Shown here in pieces: positions 1-9,303 of a stretch of DNA of 32,000 nt; position 1 is the stretch's first letter; each line of letters opens with the position of its first letter. The position numbers were made by a program, and so were the translations under genes. Source of the stretch: Nonlabens ponticola (GTDB lineage: Bacteria; Bacteroidota; Bacteroidia; Flavobacteriales; Flavobacteriaceae); NCBI RefSeq assembly GCF_003966335.1, contig NZ_CP034549.1:1230001-1262000 (forward strand). The letters run 5' to 3'. Under the pieces are notes generated by a model that was given only the letters and a program-made list of their open reading frames with translations, was not told where the DNA came from and made no database searches.

Positions 1-1
1 T

Positions 2-562
2 CCTATGGATACCATGACTTATCTAGCACATAGAGAGACTGGATTGCCTAAAGAACGTATCATAGGAATGGGCGGCGCACTAGACAGCGCACGTTTCAAA
101 TACAGACTTGCCGAAGCTCTCGAGGCTCCTATATCAGACGTTGATGGAATGGTAATAGGTGGTCACAGCGATAAAGGTATGGTGCCATTGACCAGACTGG
201 CGACACGCAACAGCGTCCCAGCTTCAGAGTTCTTGAGCGATGAGCGATTGAACCAAGTAAAAGAAGATACTAAGGTAGGTGGCGCAACGCTAACCAAATT
301 ATTGGGTACCAGCGCATGGTACGCACCTGGCGCGGCTGTATCTGGATTGGTACAAGCAATTGCTTGTGACCAGAAAAAGATTTTCCCATGTAGCGCATTG
401 CTGGATGGCGAGTACGGATTGTCAGACCTTTGTATAGGTGTGCCAGTAATTCTAGGAGCAAACGGTATCGAGAAAATCGTTGAGATTGAACTGTCGGACG
501 ATGAGAAAAACCATCTACATGAAAGTGCCGAAGGTGTCAAGAAAACAAATGCACTGATCTAG
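2..562 (+). CDS. mdh: Malate dehydrogenase (LDH-like, NAD-dependent), C-terminal ~185 aa; the 5' end lies upstream of the window
   Basis: The frame is open to the window edge. The translation has the VIGGHSD catalytic-His loop, DSARFKY, GTSAWYAPGAA and the LDH/MDH C-terminal domain. Stop TAG at 560-562. Confidence 0.9.
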   Translation, partial: PMDTMTYLAHRETGLPKERIIGMGGALDSARFKYRLAEALEAPISDVDGMVIGGHSDKGMVPLTRLATRNSVPASEFLSDERLNQVKEDTKVGGATLTKLLGTSAWYAPGAAVSGLVQAIACDQKKIFPCSALLDGEYGLSDLCIGVPVILGANGIEKIVEIELSDDEKNHLHESAEGVKKTNALI

Positions 563-570
563 AAAAGATC

Positions 571-1065
571 ATGTCAATTATTCAAAACAGGTCATGGACG
601 CGACTCAAATTAGTGCTGCTCACCATGACCTGTTTTCTTATTACCGCTTGTCCAGAGTCCATCTACACTACTTATAAATTGGATCGCAAGGACGCCAGCC
701 AGACGGCCGATGGCTTTTATAAATGTGAATTGGGTACCCTAACGCAGCTAGAAATCAAAGTAGGACATTTCTATAATTATGATAGAAAAACCTATCGTGG
801 ACCATTAGTTCTGATTAAGAAAAAGGACGATCCTAGAAACGCTATCCAGTTTTTGAAGAAAATACAGTCTGCAAACTATGGAGTATTACATTTGCTGGAT
901 TCCATACCTGATGATGTGCAGCGCAGTTTTTCTATAAATGAGATGTACGTGTATGGCCTGTCACCATTGTTGCATGACCAGCCCAATAAGCCATCCAGAA
1001 AGGCATTTGATCTAGTCACTATTTACACTGCACAAGGCAAGAATTTTGAGTTTATAAGCAAGTAG
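571..1065 (+). CDS. Hypothetical lipoprotein (164 aa)
   Basis: ATG lies 9 nt after the mdh stop. N-terminal hydrophobic signal with lipobox LITAC. No recognisable domain. Confidence 0.55.
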   Translation: MSIIQNRSWTRLKLVLLTMTCFLITACPESIYTTYKLDRKDASQTADGFYKCELGTLTQLEIKVGHFYNYDRKTYRGPLVLIKKKDDPRNAIQFLKKIQSANYGVLHLLDSIPDDVQRSFSINEMYVYGLSPLLHDQPNKPSRKAFDLVTIYTAQGKNFEFISK

Positions 1066-1180
1066 AATAAGCTATTTGTGTGATGGAATCTTTATCATTT
1101 TCCCATTACTTTGTGACCTCGTTCAAGAGCTAGCGTGCAACGAGCCAGTAAAGTGATACCGCTACTTTTTTATGTTGACT

Positions 1181-1217
1181 GGTTTGTTAATGATTACGCT
1201 TTCGCGAAAGCGGAATT
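1181..1217. repeat. REP-like element copy a: G/T-rich box (GGTTTGTT) plus palindrome TTACGCTTTCGCGAAAGCGGAA (1194-1215)
   Basis: Near-identical to the copies at 8435, 12207, 17664, 20135 and 30504. Intergenic, 3' of the lipoprotein gene. Confidence 0.8.
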
Positions 1218-1281
1218 ACCCAGCTACCGCATCAATTTCACAAGGTGCTGATTACCAGTTAAATTGACTGCAAAATTTTAA

Positions 1282-1312
1282 TTGTCTAGCGATCGATGAA
1301 AGCCTATATTTG
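1282..1312 (+). promoter_or_regulatory. Candidate Bacteroidota sigma-A promoter for secDF (TTG-N20-TATATTTG)
   Basis: -33-like TTG at 1282-1284 and a -7 TAnnTTTG match at 1305-1312, ~38 nt upstream of the secDF ATG. Confidence 0.35.
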
Positions 1313-1349
1313 CTCGTTCAAATTTTAACAACAATTAAAGATTTAGAGA

Positions 1350-4300
1350 ATGCAAAATAAAGGACTGATCAGATTTTTTGCGATCATTTTTGCAGTAGTA
1401 AGTATCTATCAACTTACCTACACCGTTATCACCAACAAGGTTGAAAACGAGGCTGAAACTTATGCAGATAGCAGTGTCGATGAGGCCGCGCCAGATGCGA
1501 GTGCTCAATTTGAGGCCGCTAGAAAAAGATACCTCGACAGTGTGGCAAACCTTGAAGTTTGGGGTGGTTACACGACCTATGCAGATGCAAAGGATGATGA
1601 GCTCAAGAAAGGTCTTGACCTTAAAGGTGGTATCAATGTGATCCTCCAAATCTCTATAAGAGATCTTCTCGTGGGAATGGCAGATGGATCGACTGATGGG
1701 AACTTCCGTACGGCGCTTGATCGTGCAGATGAGCGCATCAAGGATGGTCAGCAAGATTACTTTGACTACTTCATTGAAGAGTTCAACGCCATTGAAGGTG
1801 CGCAGTTGGCATCACCAGATATTTTTGCAAATCAAGAGATGGAAGGTCGTATCAATTTTGATATGACAAATGATGAGGTTGAACCTATACTACGTGAGGA
1901 ACTGCAGTCGTACATGGTGAGTGCTTTTGATGTATTGAGAAAGCGTATCGACAAATTTGGTACAACTCAACCTAATATCCAGCAGCTAGGAAATTCTGGT
2001 CGTATTCTTATCGAATTGCCAGGTGAGAAGGATGTAAAGCGTATCAAGCAACTACTCGTGAGTACTGCAAAGCTTGAATTCTGGCACGTGTATCGCGCGC
2101 AGGATGTGGTTCCTTACCTCGTCGCAGCAAACAACTTCTGGGCAGAAAAACTTACTGCCGAAAATGAGACAGCTGTCGATGATCAAGAGGATGAAATTGA
2201 AGCCGATGCTGATGATGTTATAGAACAAGATAACTCTATTGAGAGTCTATTGAATGATGATAATCTGGATGTTGACGAGGATGAAGATCTGGTTGATGAA
2301 GACAGATTGAATCAAAGTCCTATCATAGGCCGTATACTAGCACAGGGAAATCCTGGTGGTCCTATCATCGCTACCTTTAGAGCTAGTGATCAGGAAATTG
2401 TTGAAGGATTCTTGAATGATCCACAAGCCCGTGGCAACTTGAGTGCAGAGCAGCGCAACGTACGTTTTGCATGGGGCCGTCCTATTCTTAATGAAAAGTT
2501 GGGCTATGAATTGATTGACCTATATGCCATACGTGGTAACGCGCAAAACGAGGCGCCACTTTCTGGTGGTGTGATAACTGCAGCGTCACAAGAATACGAC
2601 TTGAATAGTAATGTGATCGTGAACATGTCCATGAATGGAGAAGGCGCACGTATCTGGGAAGAAATGACGACTGAGGCGTTCCAAAATCAAACGCAAGTAG
2701 CGGTTGTTCTTGACAATACGGTTTACAGCGCACCTGGAATCAATGATGGTCCTATCGCTGGTGGTAACTCTCAAATCTCTGGTAATTTTACGGTTGCTGA
2801 GGCTGAAGATCTTGCTACGGTACTTAAAGCTGGTAAACTTCCTGCAAAAGCAGAAATTATTCAAAGTGAGATTATTGGCCCATCACTAGGTCAAGAAGCA
2901 ATCAATAGTGGTTTATGGTCATTTGCCATTGCCTTGGTACTAGTGCTTGTGTGGATGTTCTTCTACTACGGTCGCGCTGGTTTGTATGCAGATGTTGCCT
3001 TGCTGGTAAATATCTTGTTCATTTTTGGTGCGTTGGCATCATTTGGAGCGGTATTAACATTGCCTGGAATTGCAGGTATTGTATTAACGATAGGTATATC
3101 GGTAGATGCTAACGTACTGATCTTTGAGCGCATACGTGAAGAACTTGCCAAAGGTAAATCACAAGCCGATAGTATCAAGGACGGTTTCAATAACGCATTG
3201 AGTTCTATTCTAGATGCAAACATCACGACGTTCTTGACGGCAGCGATTCTTTACATTTTTGGTACGGGTCCTATCCAAGGATTTGCTACAACCTTGATGA
3301 TCGGTATTCTTACTTCATTGTTTACGGCCATCTTTATCACGCGTCTATTTATTGACGGTTATGGTAAGAATGGTAAGTCGTTAGCCTTTAGTACTGCGGT
3401 TACTAAGAACTGGTTCCGTAATGTGGATATAGACTTCTTGAAGAAGCGCAAGACAGCTTACTTGATTTCTGGTGTGTTTATCATAGGAAGTTTTATCTCA
3501 CTAGCGACCTTGCAATTAAATCTTGGTATTGATTTCACTGGTGGTCGTAAGTATACGGTACGTTTTGATCAGGAAATGAATGCTACCGAGGTGACTAGCA
3601 TCTTGAGTGCAGATGATGTCTTTGGCAGTGCAGAAGCCAAAACCTATGGTGCAGAGAACCAACTTGCTATTAGTACCAAATATGGTATTGATCAGGACGA
3701 TAGTGAGGTAAGCAGTGAGATTGAGACTAAGCTTTACAACAACCTACAGCAGTTTCTGCCAGACGGTATGACTCAAGAAGAGTTTGTGGATGTAAGTATT
3801 GAGGATAAAGAATATGGTATCATGTCTAACTTCCAGGTTGGGCCTACCATAGCTGATGATATCTTGACAGGATCTCTATACGCGATTTTCGGGTCACTGA
3901 TTGTAGTATTCCTCTATATCTTATTGCGTTTCCGTAGATGGCAGTTCTCATTGGGTGCAGTTGCAGCTGTGTTCCATGATGTCATTATTGTATTAGGAGT
4001 ATTCTCTGCTACCTATAGCTTCTTACCGTTTAACATGGAGATCGATCAGGCATTTATTGCAGCGATCTTGACCGTAATAGGTTACTCCTTGAATGATACG
4101 GTGGTAGTGTTTGATAGAATACGTGAGTTTATTGCAGAGAAAACCAATTGGGATTTTGCAAGAACAGTGAACGGTGCGATAAGCAGTACGATCTCTCGAA
4201 CGTTGAACACGTCATTGACTACTTTGATCGTACTTCTAGCAATCTTCACCTTTGGAGGTGAGAGCATACGTGGTTTCATGTTTGCCTTGATCATAGGTGT

Positions 4301-4412
4301 TATTGTGGGAACATACTCATCTGTATTTATCGCAACGCCTATCATGTATGATAGCTTGAGAAAATCAAAGGATCGCCCAAGAAAAGCGATTCCAGAAAAG
4401 GAAACGAAGTAA
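1350..4412 (+). CDS. secDF: Protein translocase subunit SecDF (fused SecD-SecF, 1020 aa)
   Basis: N-terminal TM helix and large periplasmic domain (LDLKGGI, KLEFW). SecD 6-TM block (GPSLGQEAI...VDANVLIFERIRE). Second SecF-type block (GIDFTGG...NDTVVVFDRIRE). The fusion is typical of Bacteroidota. Confidence 0.95.
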   Translation: MQNKGLIRFFAIIFAVVSIYQLTYTVITNKVENEAETYADSSVDEAAPDASAQFEAARKRYLDSVANLEVWGGYTTYADAKDDELKKGLDLKGGINVILQISIRDLLVGMADGSTDGNFRTALDRADERIKDGQQDYFDYFIEEFNAIEGAQLASPDIFANQEMEGRINFDMTNDEVEPILREELQSYMVSAFDVLRKRIDKFGTTQPNIQQLGNSGRILIELPGEKDVKRIKQLLVSTAKLEFWHVYRAQDVVPYLVAANNFWAEKLTAENETAVDDQEDEIEADADDVIEQDNSIESLLNDDNLDVDEDEDLVDEDRLNQSPIIGRILAQGNPGGPIIATFRASDQEIVEGFLNDPQARGNLSAEQRNVRFAWGRPILNEKLGYELIDLYAIRGNAQNEAPLSGGVITAASQEYDLNSNVIVNMSMNGEGARIWEEMTTEAFQNQTQVAVVLDNTVYSAPGINDGPIAGGNSQISGNFTVAEAEDLATVLKAGKLPAKAEIIQSEIIGPSLGQEAINSGLWSFAIALVLVLVWMFFYYGRAGLYADVALLVNILFIFGALASFGAVLTLPGIAGIVLTIGISVDANVLIFERIREELAKGKSQADSIKDGFNNALSSILDANITTFLTAAILYIFGTGPIQGFATTLMIGILTSLFTAIFITRLFIDGYGKNGKSLAFSTAVTKNWFRNVDIDFLKKRKTAYLISGVFIIGSFISLATLQLNLGIDFTGGRKYTVRFDQEMNATEVTSILSADDVFGSAEAKTYGAENQLAISTKYGIDQDDSEVSSEIETKLYNNLQQFLPDGMTQEEFVDVSIEDKEYGIMSNFQVGPTIADDILTGSLYAIFGSLIVVFLYILLRFRRWQFSLGAVAAVFHDVIIVLGVFSATYSFLPFNMEIDQAFIAAILTVIGYSLNDTVVVFDRIREFIAEKTNWDFARTVNGAISSTISRTLNTSLTTLIVLLAIFTFGGESIRGFMFALIIGVIVGTYSSVFIATPIMYDSLRKSKDRPRKAIPEKETK

Positions 4413-4436
4413 TATCTAGTTCCTAGTATAACTGAC

Positions 4437-4466
4437 AAAAACGCCTGAGATATCTCAGGCGTTTTT
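4437..4466 (+). terminator. Rho-independent terminator after secDF
   Basis: Perfect 30-nt palindrome AAAAACGCCTGAGAT/ATCTCAGGCGTTTTT: GC-rich stem followed by a T-run. Confidence 0.85.
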
Positions 4467-4532
4467 GTTTCTACAAATCTTATTTTAAAGGCTTAATTTT
4501 AAACCAATTACTGTTTTAAAAGTCTCAGATTA

Positions 4533-5438
4533 ATGAAACTATCTATTGTTTTTTCTTTAGCTATTCTACTATTCGGTTGCAGCAGCCAAGACGATGATTT
4601 GACAACACAAGACGAGCCAACTGTTGCGTATCTAAAAGCCACTATTGTTTATGATGAGATAACTGGCGTGGACGATAATTTGTTGAGTTTTGATGTCTAT
4701 TATCCAAATACGGATGATGCCGCCTTGCGTCCGGTAGTTTTTTACGTCCATGGTGGTGGGTGGCGTATAGGCGATAAAGCCAATAGTCTAGAGAACAAGA
4801 TTGCTTTAGGCCAGCGAGAGGATTACATCCTAGTGAGTACTAATTACCGATTGAGTCCTAGTATTGCTGCCAATGATCCAGATAGAATAAAATACCCTAT
4901 CCATAACAAGGATATTGCAACTGCTTTTAGGTGGGTCTATGATAATATCGCTCAATATAAAGGCAATCGAGAGCAAATTGCTTTATTAGGTCATAGCGCC
5001 GGTGCACAGATGGTTTCTTTAATGGGCACCAATGAGCAATTTCTCAACGAAGTAGGATTAGGTTTAGGTGATTTAAGCGGTGTCGCCAGTATTGATACAG
5101 AAGGTTATGACGTTCTAAGCCAGGTAGAAGATGGAAATGAAATATATATCAACGCTTTTGGAACAGATGAGCAACAAAATCGTGCAGCATCGCCACTATT
5201 GAATATTAATGATGTTGCTGATTACCCACCATTTTTTATTGCCAAAAGAGGCAGCAGTAGGCGCATCGCACAAGCCGATGATTTTATAAATAGCCTTGAA
5301 CAAGTAGGAACTACCGTTGAGCAAATTACTGCCAACCAATATACGCATCAGGAAATCAATGTAGCCATAGGTATGATTGGTGAGACTGCCGTAACTGAGC
5401 CGCTAGCGGAATTTTTGGAGCGATGTTTTACAAGGTAA
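4533..5438 (+). CDS. Secreted or lipoprotein alpha/beta hydrolase (HSL-type esterase/lipase fold, 301 aa)
   Basis: Lipobox LLFGCSS, oxyanion motif HGGGW, nucleophile elbow GHSAG. Confidence 0.8.
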   Translation: MKLSIVFSLAILLFGCSSQDDDLTTQDEPTVAYLKATIVYDEITGVDDNLLSFDVYYPNTDDAALRPVVFYVHGGGWRIGDKANSLENKIALGQREDYILVSTNYRLSPSIAANDPDRIKYPIHNKDIATAFRWVYDNIAQYKGNREQIALLGHSAGAQMVSLMGTNEQFLNEVGLGLGDLSGVASIDTEGYDVLSQVEDGNEIYINAFGTDEQQNRAASPLLNINDVADYPPFFIAKRGSSRRIAQADDFINSLEQVGTTVEQITANQYTHQEINVAIGMIGETAVTEPLAEFLERCFTR

Positions 5439-5476
5439 TTCCCTTTAACGAAGGATTACTAAACATGTAATTATGC

Positions 5477-6418
5477 TTACAACGTCCTCTTATCTGTAAA
5501 CCAGCTATCAGGTCTAAACATTAGGAACAAACCAAAAAGCACGAATGGAATACTCAACATCTGACCCGTATTGAGGCCAAAAATAAACTCGTCGCCACCT
5601 TCTACTTGTTTCACCTTTACATACTCTACAAAGAAGCGCACGGTAAATAACAGCACGAAAAACAAACCAAGGATATAGCCGCGTTTCTGGTACTTATCTG
5701 TTTTCCAGTACACGAGATACAGAATGATAAATACAGCTATATAACCTAAACCTTCATAGATCTGTGTAGGATGCCTGAATGGTATGGAAGCTAGCAAGTC
5801 TGTATATTGCGGTTGATTGACCAGCGCGTCTATTGCCTGATCTGTATCGCGTATGCCTGTTTGATACAAGGCATCACGCACTTCATCTGCACCAGTATCT
5901 CTCACAAATTTGAACGCCCAATCAACATCTGTTTTTTTACCGTAGATCTCGCTATTCATGAGGTTACCCATGCGCACAAAAAATCCACCTATCGCGGTAG
6001 GAACCACCAATCGATCCAGCGACCAGAACATGTGTTTTTTAGTATGCTTGCGGCTGTAAAAGAACATGGCAATAATAATTCCCAGCGCAGCACCATGACT
6101 AGCCATACCAGCAAAACCAGTCCATTCAAAAGGATTTAATCTAAACGGTAGAAAAACATGCAGTGGATCTGTAAATAGAACGCTTGTTTCATAAAACAAG
6201 TAATGACCTATACGCGCACCAGCAAGACAGCCAACAACGGTATACATGAATAAGGGATCCATTTTATCCTTGTCAATGCCTTCTCTATCAAACATAGGCT
6301 TGATAATGTACCAGCCTAGTACAAAGGCAATCACATAAGAAAGACTGTAAAAGTGAATGGTAAAAAATCCTAGATCAATTCCCTCTAGCGGATTCCAAAT
6401 TACTTTGAGTGGTAGCAT
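5477..6418 (-). CDS. lgt: Prolipoprotein diacylglyceryl transferase
   Basis: Polytopic membrane protein with Lgt motifs (FFVRMGNLMNSEIYG, RHPTQIYE). Confidence 0.9.
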   Translation of the reverse strand: MLPLKVIWNPLEGIDLGFFTIHFYSLSYVIAFVLGWYIIKPMFDREGIDKDKMDPLFMYTVVGCLAGARIGHYLFYETSVLFTDPLHVFLPFRLNPFEWTGFAGMASHGAALGIIIAMFFYSRKHTKKHMFWSLDRLVVPTAIGGFFVRMGNLMNSEIYGKKTDVDWAFKFVRDTGADEVRDALYQTGIRDTDQAIDALVNQPQYTDLLASIPFRHPTQIYEGLGYIAVFIILYLVYWKTDKYQKRGYILGLFFVLLFTVRFFVEYVKVKQVEGGDEFIFGLNTGQMLSIPFVLFGLFLMFRPDSWFTDKRTL

Positions 6419-6506
6419 GAATAGATATTAGCACCGCTAAAATACTACATTGATTTGCGATGGGCGAATGTGACTTGAACGTAGTTTCAAATAAGATGAT
6501 AATGTC

Positions 6507-6689
6507 GTCTAGACACTGAAATAAATTCAGTGTGACAGCAAGTAGTTTTGTCCTGCTGAGCTCTTGATATGTTCTAAAACCACCATTTCGAGCGGCAGTC
6601 GAGAAACGGTGGTAGGTCTAGTCGAGACACTGAAATAACACTTCGACATAGCTCAATGTAAAATCCAGCGTGATAGCAAATATTTTGTC
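6507..6689. repeat. Intergenic mosaic of hairpin-forming repeats: two related units (6507-6552 and 6616-6689) flanking a third hairpin (6579-6613)
   Basis: Both units share GTCTAG..GACACTGAAATAA and GTGA(C/T)AGCAA(G/A)TA(G/T)TTTTGTC. Unit 1 folds as ACACTGAA/TTCAGTGT. Unit 2 looks like unit 1 with ~27 nt inserted in the loop. The middle hairpin is ACCACC..TTTC / GAAA..GGTGGT. Confidence 0.55.
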
Positions 6690-6693
6690 TATT

Positions 6694-6918
6694 TCACGGC
6701 ACAGGATCATAACCCTTGCCGCCCCATGGATGACAGCTGGCGATGCGTTTTATTCCTAGCCAGCCACCTTTAAAAAGTCCATGTTTTTGCAGGGCTTCTA
6801 GCGTATATTGAGAACAAGTAGGACTATATCTACAACTTGCTGGTGTATAAGGCGATATGGCAGCACGGTAAAATTGCACCAACCAGATAAATGGCATCGT
6901 GTACCAGCGCGGTTTCAT
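6694..6918 (-). CDS. yidD: Membrane protein insertion efficiency factor YidD
   Basis: 74 aa with the conserved YidD core ([18 protein letters not shown]...[12 protein letters not shown]). The start codon directly abuts the cysS stop. Confidence 0.9.
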   Translation of the reverse strand: MKPRWYTMPFIWLVQFYRAAISPYTPASCRYSPTCSQYTLEALQKHGLFKGGWLGIKRIASCHPWGGKGYDPVP

Positions 6919-8406
6919 TTACTTGATAGTATAAGTCGTGCCGTCTGCGCCGTCCTTGAGTTGGATGCCAGCTTCCTGTAACTCATCACGTATCTTATCA
7001 CTTGTCTCAAAATCCTTACGAGCCCTTGCGGTAGCACGCAGATCGATGATCAATCGCATAGCCGCGTCCATAGGTGCTTCATTAGTAGCTGTGTTTTGTT
7101 CTTCTTTTAAAGGAATTCCCAATACATCTTCCATGAAAGCATGTAACTGCGCTTTCAGTAGATTGAGATCTTCGGCAGTGATGGTCTCGTTATTTTCCTT
7201 AACGGCGTGAATCTTTTTGACGGCTTCAAACAATTCTGCTACAAGAATAGGTGTATTGAAGTCATCATTGAGCGCAGCGTAGCAACGGCTATTCCAGCCT
7301 TTAAAATCAACAGTCGAGGTAGAAGAGACTTCTAGATCATCCAATAGTTTTACGGCTTCTTTAAGTCGATTCAAGCCTTTTTCTGCAGCTGCGATGGCAT
7401 CATTACTAAAATCTAAAACAGATCGATAATGCGCCTGCATCATAAAAAAGCGTACCACGCTAGGCGCAAACGCCTTTTCCATAAAGTCGTTGTCGCCTGT
7501 GAAAAGTTCGGCTGGTAGGATGCTGTTACCGGTTGACTTTGACATTTTTTTGCCCTCAAGCGTCAACATGTTAGTATGCATCCAGTAATTGACTGGGCTG
7601 TGACCATGTGCCGCCTCACCTTGTGCAATCTCGCACTCGTGATGCGGGAATTTAAGATCCATACCACCACCATGAATGTCAAAGGTCTCGCCTAGATATT
7701 TGGAACTCATCACCGTACATTCTAGGTGCCATCCTGGGAAACCATCGCCCCATGGACTAGGCCATCTCATAATATGTTCTGGAGATGCTTTTTTCCACAA
7801 GGCAAAATCCTGTGGGTTTTCTTTCTCGCTTTGCGCTGCAAGTTCACGTGTATTGGCGATCATGTCTTCCAAATTGCGACCGCTCAATTTACCATACTGG
7901 TGATCCTCATTGAATTTGATCACATCAAAATAAATGGAGCCATTACGCTCATATGCATAACCTTTATCCAGAATCGATTTGATGATCTCAATCTGTTCTA
8001 CGATGTGTCCCGTTGCGGTAGGCTCAATATTAGGCGGTAACGCATTGAATTTTTTCATCACGTTATGAAAGTCCAGCGTGTATTGCTGCACTACTTCCAT
8101 AGGCTCAATTTTTTCTAGTCGTGCCTTTTTTGAGATCTTGTCCTCACCTTGATCTGCATCGTCGGTCAGGTGTCCAGCATCAGTGATATTACGCACATAT
8201 CTCACCTTGTAGCCCAGGTGCAATAGGTAGCGATAGATCATGTCAAAGCTTATGAACGTACGGCAGTTTCCTAGATGCACGTTGCTATATACGGTAGGTC
8301 CACAAACATACATTCCTATGCGTCCTTCATGGATGGATTTGAATGCCTCTTTCTCGCCGCTCATAGAATTGTAGAGCTTCAATTCTTGCTGTTTGTATAA
8401 AGCCAT
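6919..8406 (-). CDS. cysS: Cysteine--tRNA ligase
   Basis: 495 aa class I aaRS: HLGN (HIGH-type) motif, KMSKS, typical CysRS core (CGPTVY, WHLEC). Confidence 0.97.
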   Translation of the reverse strand: MALYKQQELKLYNSMSGEKEAFKSIHEGRIGMYVCGPTVYSNVHLGNCRTFISFDMIYRYLLHLGYKVRYVRNITDAGHLTDDADQGEDKISKKARLEKIEPMEVVQQYTLDFHNVMKKFNALPPNIEPTATGHIVEQIEIIKSILDKGYAYERNGSIYFDVIKFNEDHQYGKLSGRNLEDMIANTRELAAQSEKENPQDFALWKKASPEHIMRWPSPWGDGFPGWHLECTVMSSKYLGETFDIHGGGMDLKFPHHECEIAQGEAAHGHSPVNYWMHTNMLTLEGKKMSKSTGNSILPAELFTGDNDFMEKAFAPSVVRFFMMQAHYRSVLDFSNDAIAAAEKGLNRLKEAVKLLDDLEVSSTSTVDFKGWNSRCYAALNDDFNTPILVAELFEAVKKIHAVKENNETITAEDLNLLKAQLHAFMEDVLGIPLKEEQNTATNEAPMDAAMRLIIDLRATARARKDFETSDKIRDELQEAGIQLKDGADGTTYTIK

Positions 8407-8434
8407 GATCTGTGGTTAGTTGTTTTTGGGTTTG

Positions 8435-8456
8435 TTACGCTTTCGCGAAAGCGTAA
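8435..8456. repeat. REP-like element copy b: perfect 22-bp palindrome TTACGCTTTCGCGAAAGCGTAA, preceded by a G/T box (TGTTTTTGGGTTTG)
   Basis: Between the folE stop and the cysS start, 26 nt after the folE stop on the minus strand. Confidence 0.8.
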
Positions 8457-8481
8457 TTATCATCATCATCACTGCAATTAT

Positions 8482-9153
8482 CTAGAATTGCGTGGGCATC
8501 TTGATGTAGTCTAGAAACTCTCTTTTTACCTGGACGTCCTTAAAAGCACCGCCAAATTCTCCGGTCACCGTACTGCTATCAATATCGCGTATGCCGCGGC
8601 TATTAACGCACAAATGTTTTGCATCAATAACGCAGGCAACGTCTTGTGTATTGAGCACCTGTTGTAACTCACGTACGATTTGAATGTTTAATCGTTCCTG
8701 TACTTGTGGTCGTTTTGCATAATAATCCACTATGCGGTTCATTTTTGAAAGGCCTACTACATTGCCGTTTGATATGTAGGCGACATGGGCGCGACCCACT
8801 ATTGGTAATAAGTGATGCTCACAGGTAGAGTAAAGGACGATGTTCTTCTCGACCAGCATCTCGCCATATTTGTACTTGTTTTCAAAGGTGCTGGCGCTAG
8901 GTTTTTTCTCTGGTCGCAGGCCTCCAAAAATCTCATTCACAAACATCTTTGCAACGCGATTGGGCGTTCCTTTCAAACTATCGTCTGTCATGTCCATGCC
9001 CAAAGTTTGTAGGATGTTGTGCACATCTTTTTTAATGGACTCAATCTTTTCTTGATCAGTCAAGTCAAATGCATCCTCGCGCAATGGTGTTTGCTCGTTT
9101 GAGGATAAGTGATCCTGATCATCTATGTCTGTAATCAAATCTTCTATTTTCAT
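8482..9153 (-). CDS. folE: GTP cyclohydrolase I (FolE type 1)
   Basis: Conserved core (TPNRVAKMF, CEHHLLP, QVQERL). I chose the ATG at 9153 (MKIEDL...) because the N-terminal length then matches canonical ~222-aa FolE. The track ORF extends to a TTG at 9192. Confidence 0.92.
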   Translation of the reverse strand: MKIEDLITDIDDQDHLSSNEQTPLREDAFDLTDQEKIESIKKDVHNILQTLGMDMTDDSLKGTPNRVAKMFVNEIFGGLRPEKKPSASTFENKYKYGEMLVEKNIVLYSTCEHHLLPIVGRAHVAYISNGNVVGLSKMNRIVDYYAKRPQVQERLNIQIVRELQQVLNTQDVACVIDAKHLCVNSRGIRDIDSSTVTGEFGGAFKDVQVKREFLDYIKMPTQF

Positions 9154-9303
9154 GGGTAAATTATTGCCATCAAACATGGCAACTAGATACAAATTTACGA
9201 CTTACAGGGCAATAAATGGACGCCAGCATGCATTCTAAAGGCATGCGCTTTTACCGCCTTTTGCATCTTTAAATAGCGATATTTGAAAACGGAATACTTA
9301 CCC

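Noticed and set aside
1335-1754. A 139-aa minus-strand ORF overlapping the start of secDF.
   Set aside because: It is antisense to a strongly supported conserved gene, with no signal or domain features and no plausible promoter context.
9154-9303. Upstream extensions of folE (TTG at 9192) and of the adhesin (TTG at 9283), plus a 75-aa minus ORF at 9195-9422.
   Set aside because: The internal ATGs give a canonical-length FolE and a proper signal peptide for the adhesin. The 75-aa ORF overlaps the adhesin start and has no supporting features.
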